Shown piece after piece: positions 20,109 through 31,075 of a stretch of DNA of 64,000 nucleotides. The notes beneath the pieces are model-generated. The model ran no database searches. It was not told where the DNA came from and was given only the letters and a program-made list of their open reading frames with translations. The number at the start of each line of letters is the position of its first letter. Within the stretch, counting starts at the first letter, position 1. Origin of the DNA: a virus (lineage: Duplodnaviria > Caudoviricetes); the IMG/VR virus record IMGVR_UViG_3300044557_000107, positions 64,001 to 128,000 of that record; one strand, written 5' to 3'. The position numbers and the translations under genes are program-made.

Positions 20109-21944
20109 TTAAGATGTTGACGTCGAAGTTGACAGGGTTGACTGGTCATATACAAGTCCTAAGCTAACATGCTTAATATTACGACTAATATCAACAACCA
20201 TGTCTATTTGCCATTTACTTCCGTCTTGATTGATTGTCGTTACAGTAACGTTTGAAGCGTCATAAGCATAGATAAGTCCATCAGTGATAGCACCATCTAA
20301 GAAGCTTAACATTTTGGTTTTGATTGTTGATGGGCTGTTAGCCGCAACCTTTTGACCAATTAAGTTATTATCAATATAATTATTTGCGGCGGTAACAATC
20401 ATATCAGAAGCTTCACCTACACCCATTTCAGTATCAACAGGACTAGTAGATCCATTGCTTGCATAAGTTGATACATCATCGGTAATACGGAAGCTCGATG
20501 TAGATGACGAGTTACGAACATGTTGTATTGCGATAACGCCAGCGCCATCAAGAGAGTTGAGGTCGTCAATATCAAAGGTTACATCGCAACCCACAATATT
20601 TAGGTACTTATACGTTACTGAATCACCTTTTGGCAACCCTGAAGCGATACCCGCAACCATGGCCGCGGCCATATAGGCTGGGTAGGACGCGGTAGTTCCT
20701 GTAGTAGCATTCGTAATTTGAACACTGTTAGCAACTAGGTATCCACGGTCAGAGTCTAGTTGAGCGGCCCGAGAAATAGCTTCTTTCTTGGACTCGCTAA
20801 TGCCGCCACCAACGATAACACGCATAGGGTTTGCTAAATTAGCCTGTGCTTGTACATAAGCATTTGCTTCGGATTGAATAGACTGATCCGCAGTAAGTGG
20901 AACAATGTAGAAAGCGCCATCTTCATTACTAAACAAGTTAAAGTAATTTGCCCAGCTAGAAGGACTAATCCCCGTACTACCACCCGTTAAGTTGGTTGCA
21001 CTAAAGTTAGTTACAGGTACTTCCGCAGTTTCCGCAGTGGCTGTGATAGTTGCAACACCATTTGACACATTTACGGATACATTTGTAGGTTCTGATACGA
21101 CTCCTCCAAAAGGATCATAGGATACACTAACAGTGTTGTCGTATTCTACAGCGTTCAAAATATCCCCAGCAAGAGCTGTAAAGGTGGTTTCGGAAGTTTT
21201 TAAAGGAACTTCGTCTGTAGAATCTAAATAGTAACTATAAATGTTATGGTTACCCACACTAAAGAAATCAGCAGTAAATCCACTGATGTTATTAATGGTA
21301 TTAATCAAATCGCCTAGTTTAGGCTGGGCGGAAGATGATCCAAGATCAATAGTAGATACTACAGTAGCAGTGCTTTGGGAAGCCCCAGCTTTAAGTGTTA
21401 AAGTATCGGCGTACCCAGTATCATCATGATGAACTTGCGCAGAAGCATAGTTAAAAGTACCACTATAAGATAGTACAAGTACATTTCCTAGATTATCGTA
21501 GGTAGTATTAACATTGTCTGTATTGAAGCGAATATTTAATCGTTTGGTATTTGTAATTAAGTTATCAGTTAAGCTAACTTGAATTTCATTTGCCAAGCTA
21601 CTATAAAGATCTGAGGTAAACGTCAAAGGTCCTTCGACAAGAGAGGCTTGAGTTGCTGGTTGTGCACGAGTTGCAAGGATATCTCCAGCATAATAAGTTC
21701 CATCTGGAGTTGGATTCCAAGCTAACTGAATTGCATCAAGCAAATCGCCACTCCGCAGTACGTCTTTTGCGTTACTGTAGTTAGTAAACTTATAAACTAC
21801 TCCGGGTTCTCCACCTTCGGAAGTACCTACAAGCATTAATTTCTTGTCGCTTGAACTTGACGTTCCTGTAATGGCGCTGTCATTTACAGTAGTTTGTACG
21901 CCCGGGATAGTGTTAGCATATTTCGGGTACTTAGTAATTGCCAT
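20109..21944 (-). CDS. Tail sheath protein
   Basis: LVGTSEGGEP...AKDVLRSGDLLDAIQLAW; FRITDDVSTY. Confidence 0.92.
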   Translation of the reverse strand: MAITKYPKYANTIPGVQTTVNDSAITGTSSSSDKKLMLVGTSEGGEPGVVYKFTNYSNAKDVLRSGDLLDAIQLAWNPTPDGTYYAGDILATRAQPATQASLVEGPLTFTSDLYSSLANEIQVSLTDNLITNTKRLNIRFNTDNVNTTYDNLGNVLVLSYSGTFNYASAQVHHDDTGYADTLTLKAGASQSTATVVSTIDLGSSSAQPKLGDLINTINNISGFTADFFSVGNHNIYSYYLDSTDEVPLKTSETTFTALAGDILNAVEYDNTVSVSYDPFGGVVSEPTNVSVNVSNGVATITATAETAEVPVTNFSATNLTGGSTGISPSSWANYFNLFSNEDGAFYIVPLTADQSIQSEANAYVQAQANLANPMRVIVGGGISESKKEAISRAAQLDSDRGYLVANSVQITNATTGTTASYPAYMAAAMVAGIASGLPKGDSVTYKYLNIVGCDVTFDIDDLNSLDGAGVIAIQHVRNSSSTSSFRITDDVSTYASNGSTSPVDTEMGVGEASDMIVTAANNYIDNNLIGQKVAANSPSTIKTKMLSFLDGAITDGLIYAYDASNVTVTTINQDGSKWQIDMVVDISRNIKHVSLGLVYDQSTLSTSTSTS

Positions 21945-21947
21945 ACA

Positions 21948-22175
21948 TTAGGACTCCTTGTTCAAAAATTTATTTAGGTAAGGAATAAAATCAACGTCTT
22001 TAGGAAGAACAGAATTACCTTGCATAAACGTTTTAAATCCGGCTACTTGCATATAGTTCATGTGGTACATAGGAATTGCTGTCTGTAAGAAAGCATCTAT
22101 GTCTACCCACGGGGTATCCGTAATTTTATTCACTTTATTATTCTTTCTATTAGTCATTATTTTCCTGCCTTTCAA
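21948..22175 (-). CDS. Small conserved protein upstream of sheath (true start likely ~22157)
   Basis: WVDIDAFLQTA...QVAGFKTFM; synteny with Twort-like phages. Confidence 0.65.
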   Translation of the reverse strand: MKGRKIMTNRKNNKVNKITDTPWVDIDAFLQTAIPMYHMNYMQVAGFKTFMQGNSVLPKDVDFIPYLNKFLNKES

Positions 22176-22186
22176 AAATAATATAG

Positions 22187-23047
22187 CTATGCTAGTGTTG
22201 CTGTAGGCTTTGCGGACTGAATAGTTTTAATTAAGTCATAATGGACGGTATAGGTGGAAGTATAACTAAAAGATACTTGAATTCCATATACGGGAAGGTC
22301 TTTAGGAGTACCATCAACAAGAGCTACAGCATCTTCTTGATAGCTAGGTAAGTTAAGTCCAAATGGGCCTTCATTGGTTTCTTTGATGAGAATAACAATG
22401 AATTTTAGTAAATTATCTAAGCATCGTAAGACATCCATATTACTAGATATGATATAAATATCCAAGGTATCTTCGATGCTAAATCCTTTGGCAATTCCGG
22501 AGTACTTAGAGTTATCACCCGTAAGCAAAGCATAATAGCTTACACCAAGGTAGTTTCCTAAAATGCTTTCTGAAATGCCCTTTAAGTTAATACGTTTCTG
22601 GTTTGAATCATCAAGACTATAAACATTATTAGATACCCCCTGAACAGCCGCTAGACTTCCAATAGGATTAGATGTAGCTAGAAAGTATCCTTGTGAGTCT
22701 TGTTGAACTTGTAGATTTTCTTGAGTAATTCCAGTATCCCAATTACTATACTGGGTAACATTATTTCCAATATCACTGTTCTGTTTTTGAGCACCTCCAC
22801 GTGTCAGTACATAGAGTGCATCGAATCCCAGGGTATTATCTGGAAACGTATAATCAACAGTAATATTATGCTCCGGATTAGTTCCCCCAAAGGCTTTCTT
22901 AAATGAAGCTACTACGTTAGGCTCAAGGTCTCCTAAAGCGCTATCTGTAATATAAGTTTCATTATTGGTTCCTACGCAACTTAGTATTTTGTCTAAGTAC
23001 TCTGTAAGCATTTTCTTGAAGTAACTATCATAAGATACAATTGACAC
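22187..23047 (-). CDS. Putative tail terminator
   Basis: Position in neck cluster; ISSNMDVLRCLD. Confidence 0.65.
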   Translation of the reverse strand: MSIVSYDSYFKKMLTEYLDKILSCVGTNNETYITDSALGDLEPNVVASFKKAFGGTNPEHNITVDYTFPDNTLGFDALYVLTRGGAQKQNSDIGNNVTQYSNWDTGITQENLQVQQDSQGYFLATSNPIGSLAAVQGVSNNVYSLDDSNQKRINLKGISESILGNYLGVSYYALLTGDNSKYSGIAKGFSIEDTLDIYIISSNMDVLRCLDNLLKFIVILIKETNEGPFGLNLPSYQEDAVALVDGTPKDLPVYGIQVSFSYTSTYTVHYDLIKTIQSAKPTATLA

Positions 23048-23667
23048 TATAGGTCACCTACTTTCTCTACCATCTGCTTGAACATTCGATCCATATTGTT
23101 AATCATAGTCTTACTAAAGTTATCTTCGTTAATACGATCACGATTTAGAATCCATGCGGAGGGGCTTGTTTTATCTGATACAGTTCTGAAAGATACATAC
23201 ATAGACTTAGATCCCTGACTGATCCTTGTAAGATTTTTAGATACAGGTGTGTAATTAGCATAACTAATAGTGCTGTTACTACTTCGGTTCTCATATAAAA
23301 GAGACACTGTGGATGTTCCGGATAGCTTGCTTGGGGGAATAACTATGCTATGAGCTTGCCGATATAATGCGTTGCTCATACCAGCTACCTTGCGGCGAAT
23401 AGGAACTACTAGATACCACCCACCTGATTTACTACGCTTAGCAAAGGGACTCGCCTTGAAGAAAGGTTTTAAATCTACTACACCGTGTTTATTTGCGCGT
23501 TGTGCAGTTACTTCAAGATAATGCGGTGAAACTTTAGGGTTTAAACCGAACTGTGAAGCAACTACGGCCGCTCGATTAATAATGTCTTGGGAAAGATTAT
23601 CTCCGATGTTTTTTAGATATTTATCAGTATTTTCAAATAGATCTGGCTTAGTTACTTTTTCTGTCAA
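23047..23667 (-). CDS. Neck / tail completion protein
   Basis: DLKPFF...GGWYLVVPIR...FRTVSDK...W. Confidence 0.65.
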   Translation of the reverse strand: MTEKVTKPDLFENTDKYLKNIGDNLSQDIINRAAVVASQFGLNPKVSPHYLEVTAQRANKHGVVDLKPFFKASPFAKRSKSGGWYLVVPIRRKVAGMSNALYRQAHSIVIPPSKLSGTSTVSLLYENRSSNSTISYANYTPVSKNLTRISQGSKSMYVSFRTVSDKTSPSAWILNRDRINEDNFSKTMINNMDRMFKQMVEKVGDL

Positions 23668-24644
23668 ATATGGAAGCCTTCTTTACTAATGTCAGGGATA
23701 GAGCCAATAGTATTATTACCAGTGACCTCATTTAAGGATTCATTTAAGTTATTTAAAATATCAGAGCTACTTGCAAGACTCTTAGTCGTTTCTCCAATAA
23801 TACTTTGTTCTCGTGTTAGCTCACATAACTTTGGCAATGCTTCATAGCGAATATGCTTATCTAGGATACCTCGGCTAGAATACTGATAGCGATTTTCCTT
23901 GTCAATATTTGTTATGATATACCTTAAAGTCATATCAAACCTGATGGATATGTTCTGATTTAGCAGGTCTTTATTCAGTACTTTAAATAGTTGATTTTTA
24001 GTGTCATAGCTAAAGTCTATATCTTGCTTGAGTTGTTTCTTTGAGTATCCTACATATAGGAATTTGTATACTCGGTAGGGTAATCGAATACCTTTATCTA
24101 TGATATTTTGTTTAGCATTAAAGATGAAGGCTTGGATAACGTGAATATCCGGGCAAGTAATTCGGTCCCTTGTAGCTACAGGTGTTTCCATCTGGGTAGT
24201 TCCTAAAGCATCACCTTTTTGGTATACTCCCATGTTATTATAAGTTTCTTTTCGGTTCTGTGATTGGATCATCATTTTAATAGAGACTCCAGGAAGATAC
24301 GCGCGTCCAGTTCCTCCACAGATTGGACAATTAATATCTGGTTTACCGGTATCGGGATCTCGGCAAGTACATAAATAACTGCGTTCCCAGATGACTTGCA
24401 TACCATGATCTTCTACAAATTTATACAGATCAGATGTTTCAAAGTCTACACTTAAAGATGAGTTACTTTTCCGTGGTGTATTCTGATCACTTGAGTAGTC
24501 ATTCTCGCCCTTATTATACGAATAGGTAGAATTACTCCTTAGATCATTTTCAACGGTGCTTGATGGTAACGTAGGGTACTCTGGAATAGATGTGGCATCG
24601 TCTGTCTTAGAGGATTCTGAAAAGCTGATTGGTTTTTCTCCCAT
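23664..24644 (-). CDS. Neck (stopper-like) protein with Zn finger
   Basis: WERSYLCTC...CPICGGTG. Confidence 0.7.
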   Translation of the reverse strand: MGEKPISFSESSKTDDATSIPEYPTLPSSTVENDLRSNSTYSYNKGENDYSSDQNTPRKSNSSLSVDFETSDLYKFVEDHGMQVIWERSYLCTCRDPDTGKPDINCPICGGTGRAYLPGVSIKMMIQSQNRKETYNNMGVYQKGDALGTTQMETPVATRDRITCPDIHVIQAFIFNAKQNIIDKGIRLPYRVYKFLYVGYSKKQLKQDIDFSYDTKNQLFKVLNKDLLNQNISIRFDMTLRYIITNIDKENRYQYSSRGILDKHIRYEALPKLCELTREQSIIGETTKSLASSSDILNNLNESLNEVTGNNTIGSIPDISKEGFHI

Positions 24645-24668
24645 AGTTTTTGATAGACTCCTTTCTGG

Positions 24669-25568
24669 TTAGACACTATATAAGGGAACTACGTACTTAG
24701 ATTTCAAACTAGCTTCAAGACTTGCAATATCGTTCCGAACAAGATCAATATCCGCCGCAGAACCAGTATACATAGCACTTTGAGTAGTAACTACTCGTTC
24801 ACTAATTCCATCCATAGTAATTTCTTTTTCGGCGATACCAGCACCTAGAATAAGTTTCCCCCATTGTTCCAGGATTTCAATTAAGCAATATTTAAGGATA
24901 AGTTCTTGTAGGGAAGCAGGTATTTCCCAGTCTTGATTATAATTCCCGTTCTTAGCCGGTAGCATTCCAGCAACGTAGTCTAAACTAAACACTTGAGGAG
25001 CATTATTTGATCCTGGAGCCATTGCAACACCATACCCATAACCATAAGGGAACATTGCGGCTAACGCGGCGTTATTAAACGTGCTACTTACACCATTTCC
25101 AAGTAGGAAACTGGTTAAAGGGTACGCCTGAATACTGCCGAACAGATTGTATACACGCCACCACTGTGAAGGATATGCCATCATTTGAGTAAGTCCGAAC
25201 TGCATTTCCATTGATTCAACCTGAATAACCGGATGCTTATATAACTTTATATTATTATAAGAGTTAACATCTGCTTCATACATATCGTGTTTTTCTCGTT
25301 GAATAAGTCGAGGGAAAATAGCAATATCCAGCTTGTGTTCTGCAAGTGCAATTTTAGTTTGTATCATTCGCTTATAGAATGTATCTGGAAGTTCTTTTCC
25401 TGTATTAGGGTCAACTACGTTTAGTCCAAATAAGTATGCTTTAATTGCGTCTGGTGTTAAATCATAATCTGCTACTGACAGTGTGTCTAAGTCTGCTAAA
25501 TTAACATGCTTAGGGTTTCCTTGAGAATAGGGTGCCGCAGTAGGGTTAGTTAGATCAGTTAAAGGCAT
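24669..25568 (-). CDS. Head-tail adaptor protein
   Basis: YVAGMLP...WGKLILGAGIA...TTQSAMY; follows capsid cluster. Confidence 0.75.
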   Translation of the reverse strand: MPLTDLTNPTAAPYSQGNPKHVNLADLDTLSVADYDLTPDAIKAYLFGLNVVDPNTGKELPDTFYKRMIQTKIALAEHKLDIAIFPRLIQREKHDMYEADVNSYNNIKLYKHPVIQVESMEMQFGLTQMMAYPSQWWRVYNLFGSIQAYPLTSFLLGNGVSSTFNNAALAAMFPYGYGYGVAMAPGSNNAPQVFSLDYVAGMLPAKNGNYNQDWEIPASLQELILKYCLIEILEQWGKLILGAGIAEKEITMDGISERVVTTQSAMYTGSAADIDLVRNDIASLEASLKSKYVVPLYSV

Positions 25569-25580
25569 TTAGATTCTCCT

Positions 25581-25841
25581 TTACTTTTTATCCGTAGTTT
25601 TTGTAGTAGTACTTTTTCGGGTCCGCGGAGTTCTTGTAGTTTTTTTAGTCGTTGTTTTAGAGGTTACCGTATCAGTTGCTTTAGCCGGTTTCTTGTTAGG
25701 CGTAAAAGTGTACCAACGCAGGTCTTTAAATTCTTGTTCTTGGTCTTCTGTTAGTCCTTTAATAACACCTTGACCATCAATAGTTACTTCTCCAAACTTG
25801 GTACCTAATTTCATATTTCTTAGTACTTTTTGTTTTAACAT
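25581..25841 (-). CDS. Small basic virion-associated hypothetical protein
   Basis: TKFGEVTIDGQGVIKGLT plus Lys/Thr-rich tail. Confidence 0.6.
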   Translation of the reverse strand: MLKQKVLRNMKLGTKFGEVTIDGQGVIKGLTEDQEQEFKDLRWYTFTPNKKPAKATDTVTSKTTTKKTTRTPRTRKSTTTKTTDKK

Positions 25842-25864
25842 ATTTTTAATCCTCCTGTATAATT

Positions 25865-25890
25865 AAAAAGGAAGGCATTCCGCCTTCCTC
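25865..25890 (-). terminator. Intrinsic terminator after major capsid gene
   Basis: Minus strand GGAAGGC-GGAAT-GCCTTCC-TTTTT. Confidence 0.8.
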
Positions 25891-25915
25891 CTCGATGAAC
25901 AACACTAGTATTAAA

Positions 25916-27367
25916 TTAGAATTGTGGTACTGCTGGAGTGTATCCAACGTTCTTGATGCGAGCGAAACGCTTTGGCGCGATAAGAGCTAAAGCACCATTC
26001 CAGATAACTGACCAAGCCAGTGTTTTGTTTTGTGTAGGCAATGGAAGTGACATCAAAGGTAACAATTCGTAAAGACGAATAGTCAAGTTATTTACTTCAC
26101 CAACAAAGACATCTACAGTAGCTGGAATGTTTTCGTTACGATCGACAAAGGTAATTACACCGTTAACAGCTTGGTTAACACCTACTCGGTTGATCAAGTA
26201 GTATTGACCAGAAGCGTTATCTAAACGGTAGATTGAAGCAAACTTAGGTGTAGCTGTATAAGTTGCAGGAACCGTAATTGCCAATGAAATTGATGAGTCT
26301 ACCTTGTCTAATGCCGCATTAACTTCCGTATATACGGATTGAGCTTGATCAGACCAAAGGGTTACTCGATAAGATACCGTCCCAATGTCAGAAGCTGTAA
26401 ACTTAGCATTGTCTGTTTCTTTAACAGTTGGAGTAGCAACGGCTGGAGCTTCAGGAGCATTTTGACCGCCTAAGAACTGTGTATCCAGGAACTTATCATT
26501 TTCCATTACGGCTGAACCATTAAGTTCAATCTGTGAAATAGTAGATGACCATTGGGTTACATTAAGGCCCGCAGTTACTGAATTAGTATTTTGGCCACCA
26601 ATACCATTTGAGAAGTAACGAGCATTTGGAATGAATGATGTAGAGAATTTAGATAGAACTCCTAAAGGCATGAAAGCGTCCGTTGGAGTACCATATCCTT
26701 TAGCAACATACAAGCAAGCGGTATTAAGAAGTTCTGGAGTTAAATCTGCTCCACGAGCATCAATAACATTGTTAGGATCAATCTGTTGAGTCAATCCATT
26801 AAATTCCAGACCTTCTCCGCCGCCCATGTTATCTTGAACTTCGTCTGTTAATGACTTGTCACCATAGAACGAAGCCCATTCAATACCCTTAACGACTGAG
26901 ACAATAGCGTCATCTGTGTAAATTTGGACAGGTTGGGCAATATTGTCTACGGCTTGGGAGATCAATGATACTGAACGCGTTGCCGATAGGTTCTTAGTAC
27001 GTACTAAGCGACGATGCATAGCAGGATCTGATGGGGCACTTAGGCCAACTTCTGTATCGAACATTGAGTGACCTGTCTCACCATGCCGATCAAAGGTTGT
27101 ATATTCTACTACAGTTGAGGCTGACTTCAACTTAGGAAGTTTACTGAAGAATACCATAGCTTGAGACGAATAAGACAGTTGACTTACTCGGTTGTCTAAG
27201 AATTGACGACGTAGGGCCGGGACACCCGCAAGAGTTTCAGGATCTACATCCGTTCCTGTTACAGCGGCTTTCTGTACAATTTCATTTAATCCATCGCTAT
27301 TTACATCAAGCGCTTGAGGAAAGCTTTTAAGAGCATTTTGTTGTTGTAGGCTTAATTTTTCGCTCAT
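25916..27367 (-). CDS. Major capsid protein
   Basis: ALRRQFLD, IEWASFYGD, GLEFNGL, GYGTPTDAFMP motifs of Herelleviridae MCP. Confidence 0.95.
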   Translation of the reverse strand: MSEKLSLQQQNALKSFPQALDVNSDGLNEIVQKAAVTGTDVDPETLAGVPALRRQFLDNRVSQLSYSSQAMVFFSKLPKLKSASTVVEYTTFDRHGETGHSMFDTEVGLSAPSDPAMHRRLVRTKNLSATRSVSLISQAVDNIAQPVQIYTDDAIVSVVKGIEWASFYGDKSLTDEVQDNMGGGEGLEFNGLTQQIDPNNVIDARGADLTPELLNTACLYVAKGYGTPTDAFMPLGVLSKFSTSFIPNARYFSNGIGGQNTNSVTAGLNVTQWSSTISQIELNGSAVMENDKFLDTQFLGGQNAPEAPAVATPTVKETDNAKFTASDIGTVSYRVTLWSDQAQSVYTEVNAALDKVDSSISLAITVPATYTATPKFASIYRLDNASGQYYLINRVGVNQAVNGVITFVDRNENIPATVDVFVGEVNNLTIRLYELLPLMSLPLPTQNKTLAWSVIWNGALALIAPKRFARIKNVGYTPAVPQF

Positions 27368-27445
27368 TTAGTTTATTTGCACCTTTCATTAATTAATTAA
27401 TTACTTTCAGAAATAATATAGCTAGTTGCATGGTATAGAGGTTGT

Positions 27446-28510
27446 TTAGCCCTTATTCTTCTTGTTGAGGAATTCAAAGACTTCAACTGCGTCCTCATCA
27501 GTTGCGTTACCATAGAAAGCTTTTCCAAGGATGTCTTGGAAATGACGAGTCTTATATCCTAATATATTGCCTTTAGCAAACTCTGTTTCAAATGATTGTT
27601 GGAACTCATCCTGGATTTCTGGAGTTAAAGATTTTGCAGTAATTTTGTCTGTACCACTTTCAGTGGCTTTAGTTTCTTGAACATTTTGGTGTTGCTCAGG
27701 AGATAGCCGGTCCACAAAATTGACAGATTGTCCATTGGCATCTTTGGCAGATTTTACAGTTTCCTCAGGTGCTTTTACGTCATCTTGGGGATCTTCTGGG
27801 ATACTAGTAGACTTTTCAGACTTTTTATCTTTATCCTTATCAGAGTCTTCTTTTTCTGGTCCTTGATCTTCGGGCTTCATTGAGTCATCTGGTTTATCTG
27901 TAGACTTTTTCTTATCTTTGTCTTCTTTGTGGCTTTCTTCAATATCGTCGTCTTCATCGTCATCTTTGTGCATGTTATCACAGTTTTTATCTGTATCTTT
28001 AGTAGCCTTTAAGCTTTCTAACAAAGGAACGATTGGTTCAATATGTTTGTTAATTGCTTCATCTAAGTTATTATAGGCTTTAGCAGATAATTCAATTAAA
28101 TGATTGAAGTCTTCATAGCTAACACTCTTAGTTACTTCATGATTTTCTTCAAAGCTTCGCTTGAAACTATCGTTTTGACTAGCTGTTTGCTGAGCTAAGT
28201 TGTCCAGCTTTGCAGATAATATATCAATCTTTTTACCAAATCCATCAATCATAGTTTTTAATTCTGGTGACATAGGAATATCTGTAACAGATTCTGGTTT
28301 ATTGCCTTTTTCAAAGTCTTTCGTATCAGAAGCACCACCATCATCATATTCACTTTTCTTAGCAGTTTCTTTGTCAGAGTCTTTAGTAGAATCTTTAGTA
28401 GAATCCTTTACGTCATTTTCTTTAGTATCTTTCTTATCCGAATCTTCTGGCTTATTATTTAATGACTTTTCAAATTCGTCTAAGATACTGTTGTTTTCTT
28501 TTTCTGCCAT
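27446..28510 (-). CDS. Capsid scaffold protein (putative)
   Basis: Highly charged, low complexity, many KS sites; between protease and MCP. Confidence 0.7.
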   Translation of the reverse strand: MAEKENNSILDEFEKSLNNKPEDSDKKDTKENDVKDSTKDSTKDSDKETAKKSEYDDGGASDTKDFEKGNKPESVTDIPMSPELKTMIDGFGKKIDILSAKLDNLAQQTASQNDSFKRSFEENHEVTKSVSYEDFNHLIELSAKAYNNLDEAINKHIEPIVPLLESLKATKDTDKNCDNMHKDDDEDDDIEESHKEDKDKKKSTDKPDDSMKPEDQGPEKEDSDKDKDKKSEKSTSIPEDPQDDVKAPEETVKSAKDANGQSVNFVDRLSPEQHQNVQETKATESGTDKITAKSLTPEIQDEFQQSFETEFAKGNILGYKTRHFQDILGKAFYGNATDEDAVEVFEFLNKKNKG

Positions 28511-28511
28511 T

Positions 28512-29366
28512 CTAATTTATATCTCCTTCGTTAATAAACTTAATTGCATCCTTTCGACCAATGCCCGCGCCTAATTGCAATAAAACACATTTAGTAGTAT
28601 TATCTAAGGCTCCTCGTGCGAGAAGTTCCTTTTCAGTATCTCGAAAAAGGTCTTTAAAGTTATCTCGCCGGATAGCCGATGTTAAACATGAGATACTATC
28701 CGCTAGGTTACTAATAGATAAAACTCCAGAGTGTTGATCCAAGTTCTCAGGGTTAGCTGGAAATCCTGTTTCGTAGTCTTTGTCCAGATGATCTTTAAAA
28801 GACTTTTCAAAAGACTCCCAAGTAGCCTCGGGATTGGCAGGGTGCGTTGTAATAGCTACATTAAGAACTTTTAAACCAGTTATTTTTGTGTTATCATTGG
28901 GATCACGACTAGTAATGTAACCCTCAATAGAGAATCCAAGATTTCTTTGAGAATCTGCATTTTTCATAGATTTTGATAAGTCCCACATTTCTTGTACAAT
29001 AGGCTTATCTTTATATAAAAGCGCAGTAACATGAAGACCTTCGGCGTCTACATAACAGCTATTTGATAAAGGTTCTCCTACAATATCACGAGGAGCTTGT
29101 TTGTGGTCAAAATTAATGAAGCCATAGTCTTTAAAATAACCAATATTTAAACCATTAGGATCTACACTTTCTCCATCAAGGTCTTTATCACCAGTTGAGG
29201 CGATTCCCTTAATGTACCATTGCTTTTCCTTTGTTGGATTATTGTCTTGAGGCTCAATACTAAAACTGGAGAACTCTCCGGAGCCTACAAATAGTTTTCC
29301 TTTAGTGTATACTTGCAAGGTATCAGTTACCTCTTTCGTTTTAGATTTAATGCAGGATACTCTCAA
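28512..29366 (-). CDS. Prohead protease (start probably TTG at 29318)
   Basis: GIAST...DLDGE...GFINFDH...LGFSIEG...NVAITTHPANPEATW. Confidence 0.9.
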   Translation of the reverse strand: MRVSCIKSKTKEVTDTLQVYTKGKLFVGSGEFSSFSIEPQDNNPTKEKQWYIKGIASTGDKDLDGESVDPNGLNIGYFKDYGFINFDHKQAPRDIVGEPLSNSCYVDAEGLHVTALLYKDKPIVQEMWDLSKSMKNADSQRNLGFSIEGYITSRDPNDNTKITGLKVLNVAITTHPANPEATWESFEKSFKDHLDKDYETGFPANPENLDQHSGVLSISNLADSISCLTSAIRRDNFKDLFRDTEKELLARGALDNTTKCVLLQLGAGIGRKDAIKFINEGDIN

Positions 29367-29410
29367 AATACTGAGGTGTGGTCCTGCTTTTCAGAAATAA
29401 TATAGTGCTA

Positions 29411-31060
29411 TTAGCGGAGTTCTCCATTTTGTTTAACTCCAGCTCTATCTGATGGTTTAGTTTTACCATCAAAGCCATGTTGTTGGTCCTGAAAGTTACT
29501 ATTAGGTTTATTAGGGTCTGGATTACCAGCTTGAGTATTACTAGGAATCGTAGCAAATTCCTTAAGTAAATTTATAGTATCCATCGCAAAGGTGTGCTCT
29601 ACTGTTTTCTCTTGAATAGTCTGAGCCGCGCGCTGAATAGCATATTGATTAAGTACTACATCGTCCCCAGGAATATGCCCACGGAGTTTCTTTTCCTTCC
29701 GTACTTCATGAACAGTTTTATAAGATGACAACTCTTTAGCTAGCTTATCAATTTCTTGAAGTTCTGCCGAAGTATCTCCACCAATAAATTTAAACTTATA
29801 TTCATCACCGAAGTTAGGCTTTACTAAGTATCGGTTAATCGCATCTTCAATAGCTATCATTAAAGGACGTAATCCACGGTTTTTCGAGTCCTGAATCTTT
29901 TGAGATGAGTTTCCTTCATTAAGAGAATGTGACTTAGTACCAGTAGCTCCTCCCCGATTAGGGAAACCAATTTCTGCGGAGTCAATACCGAAAACAGCAG
30001 AGATGATATAAATTAAATAATTTAACCATTTTTCAAATTCCATATCTCTAGCTTGCGGTGTTAAGTTAACGTATTGAATATCATCAGGGGCACTAATTAC
30101 AGGCATTTGCCAAGATCCGTTAATACCCTGAAGGGATACATTCCACATTCTTTTAAAGTCATCCATAGCTTGACGAGACTGTGCTTGAGTAGCATCGCCA
30201 CTTTGCTTAAGATTAAGAATTCCCCGAGTAGTTCCACCATGAGAGAAAAAGCGATCATTAAATATTTCTGTGTTCTCGTGTGCCATAAATTCTCGGATAC
30301 AGATCATTAGTTCAGATAATCCATATCCAGAACTATAAATATCTGACTGAGGATTTCTGATAACCATTGCCAATTCTTTATCATCGAAGAATCGTCTAAC
30401 TTGCTGGTCTACTACTTGCACATAGCGTTTACCTGAGTTAACTAGCTTTCCATCATCATTAGCTCTAAAGAATATTGTTGAAGGGTCAACCATGGTTGTA
30501 TACAGCCACTTACCATGCTTGCTATCATAAACATTTTCAAAGTTTACTTGGTCATAAACATAGGTGTCATGAACAAACATTTTAATAAACTGATGAAGAT
30601 CCATATGCCGATTTGACGAAGCAATCCCCATGTTCATTACTTGCTTTTCTAAACGTTTAAACAATTCTCTTTCACGGGCATTTGGCTTCCGATCAATGTC
30701 CTCAAAACCGATGCTGAATCCCACTCCCTGTTCAGATTCTTCAACGGGCTGACAGAAAGTTAATACTTGCCCTGACCGAGTATTTAAAATAGCATTTAGA
30801 ACTGGATTATTTGCATACGTTTTTAGCGTAGCATTAACTGATGCAACACCGTTATAAAATGGCTTATCACGGAATCCAGGATTAATGCCCCCAATAGAAA
30901 TAGAATTGAAGGGTTCTGTAATCGCTGTAGTTTTACCATGGTACCCCTTAGTGACATCTGGCATACCTTTAAGTTGATTATCTAGTATTTTTTGGTAATC
31001 GTTTAGTTCTTTATTGGTAACTGCATCTTTATTAGAAGATGCAAATGGATTAAGTTTCAA
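29411..31060 (-). CDS. Portal protein
   Basis: YGLSEL, FFSHGGTTRGIL, DMEFEKWLNYLI motifs. Confidence 0.93.
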   Translation of the reverse strand: MKLNPFASSNKDAVTNKELNDYQKILDNQLKGMPDVTKGYHGKTTAITEPFNSISIGGINPGFRDKPFYNGVASVNATLKTYANNPVLNAILNTRSGQVLTFCQPVEESEQGVGFSIGFEDIDRKPNARERELFKRLEKQVMNMGIASSNRHMDLHQFIKMFVHDTYVYDQVNFENVYDSKHGKWLYTTMVDPSTIFFRANDDGKLVNSGKRYVQVVDQQVRRFFDDKELAMVIRNPQSDIYSSGYGLSELMICIREFMAHENTEIFNDRFFSHGGTTRGILNLKQSGDATQAQSRQAMDDFKRMWNVSLQGINGSWQMPVISAPDDIQYVNLTPQARDMEFEKWLNYLIYIISAVFGIDSAEIGFPNRGGATGTKSHSLNEGNSSQKIQDSKNRGLRPLMIAIEDAINRYLVKPNFGDEYKFKFIGGDTSAELQEIDKLAKELSSYKTVHEVRKEKKLRGHIPGDDVVLNQYAIQRAAQTIQEKTVEHTFAMDTINLLKEFATIPSNTQAGNPDPNKPNSNFQDQQHGFDGKTKPSDRAGVKQNGELR

Positions 31061-31075
31061 AGTTCCACCACCTTC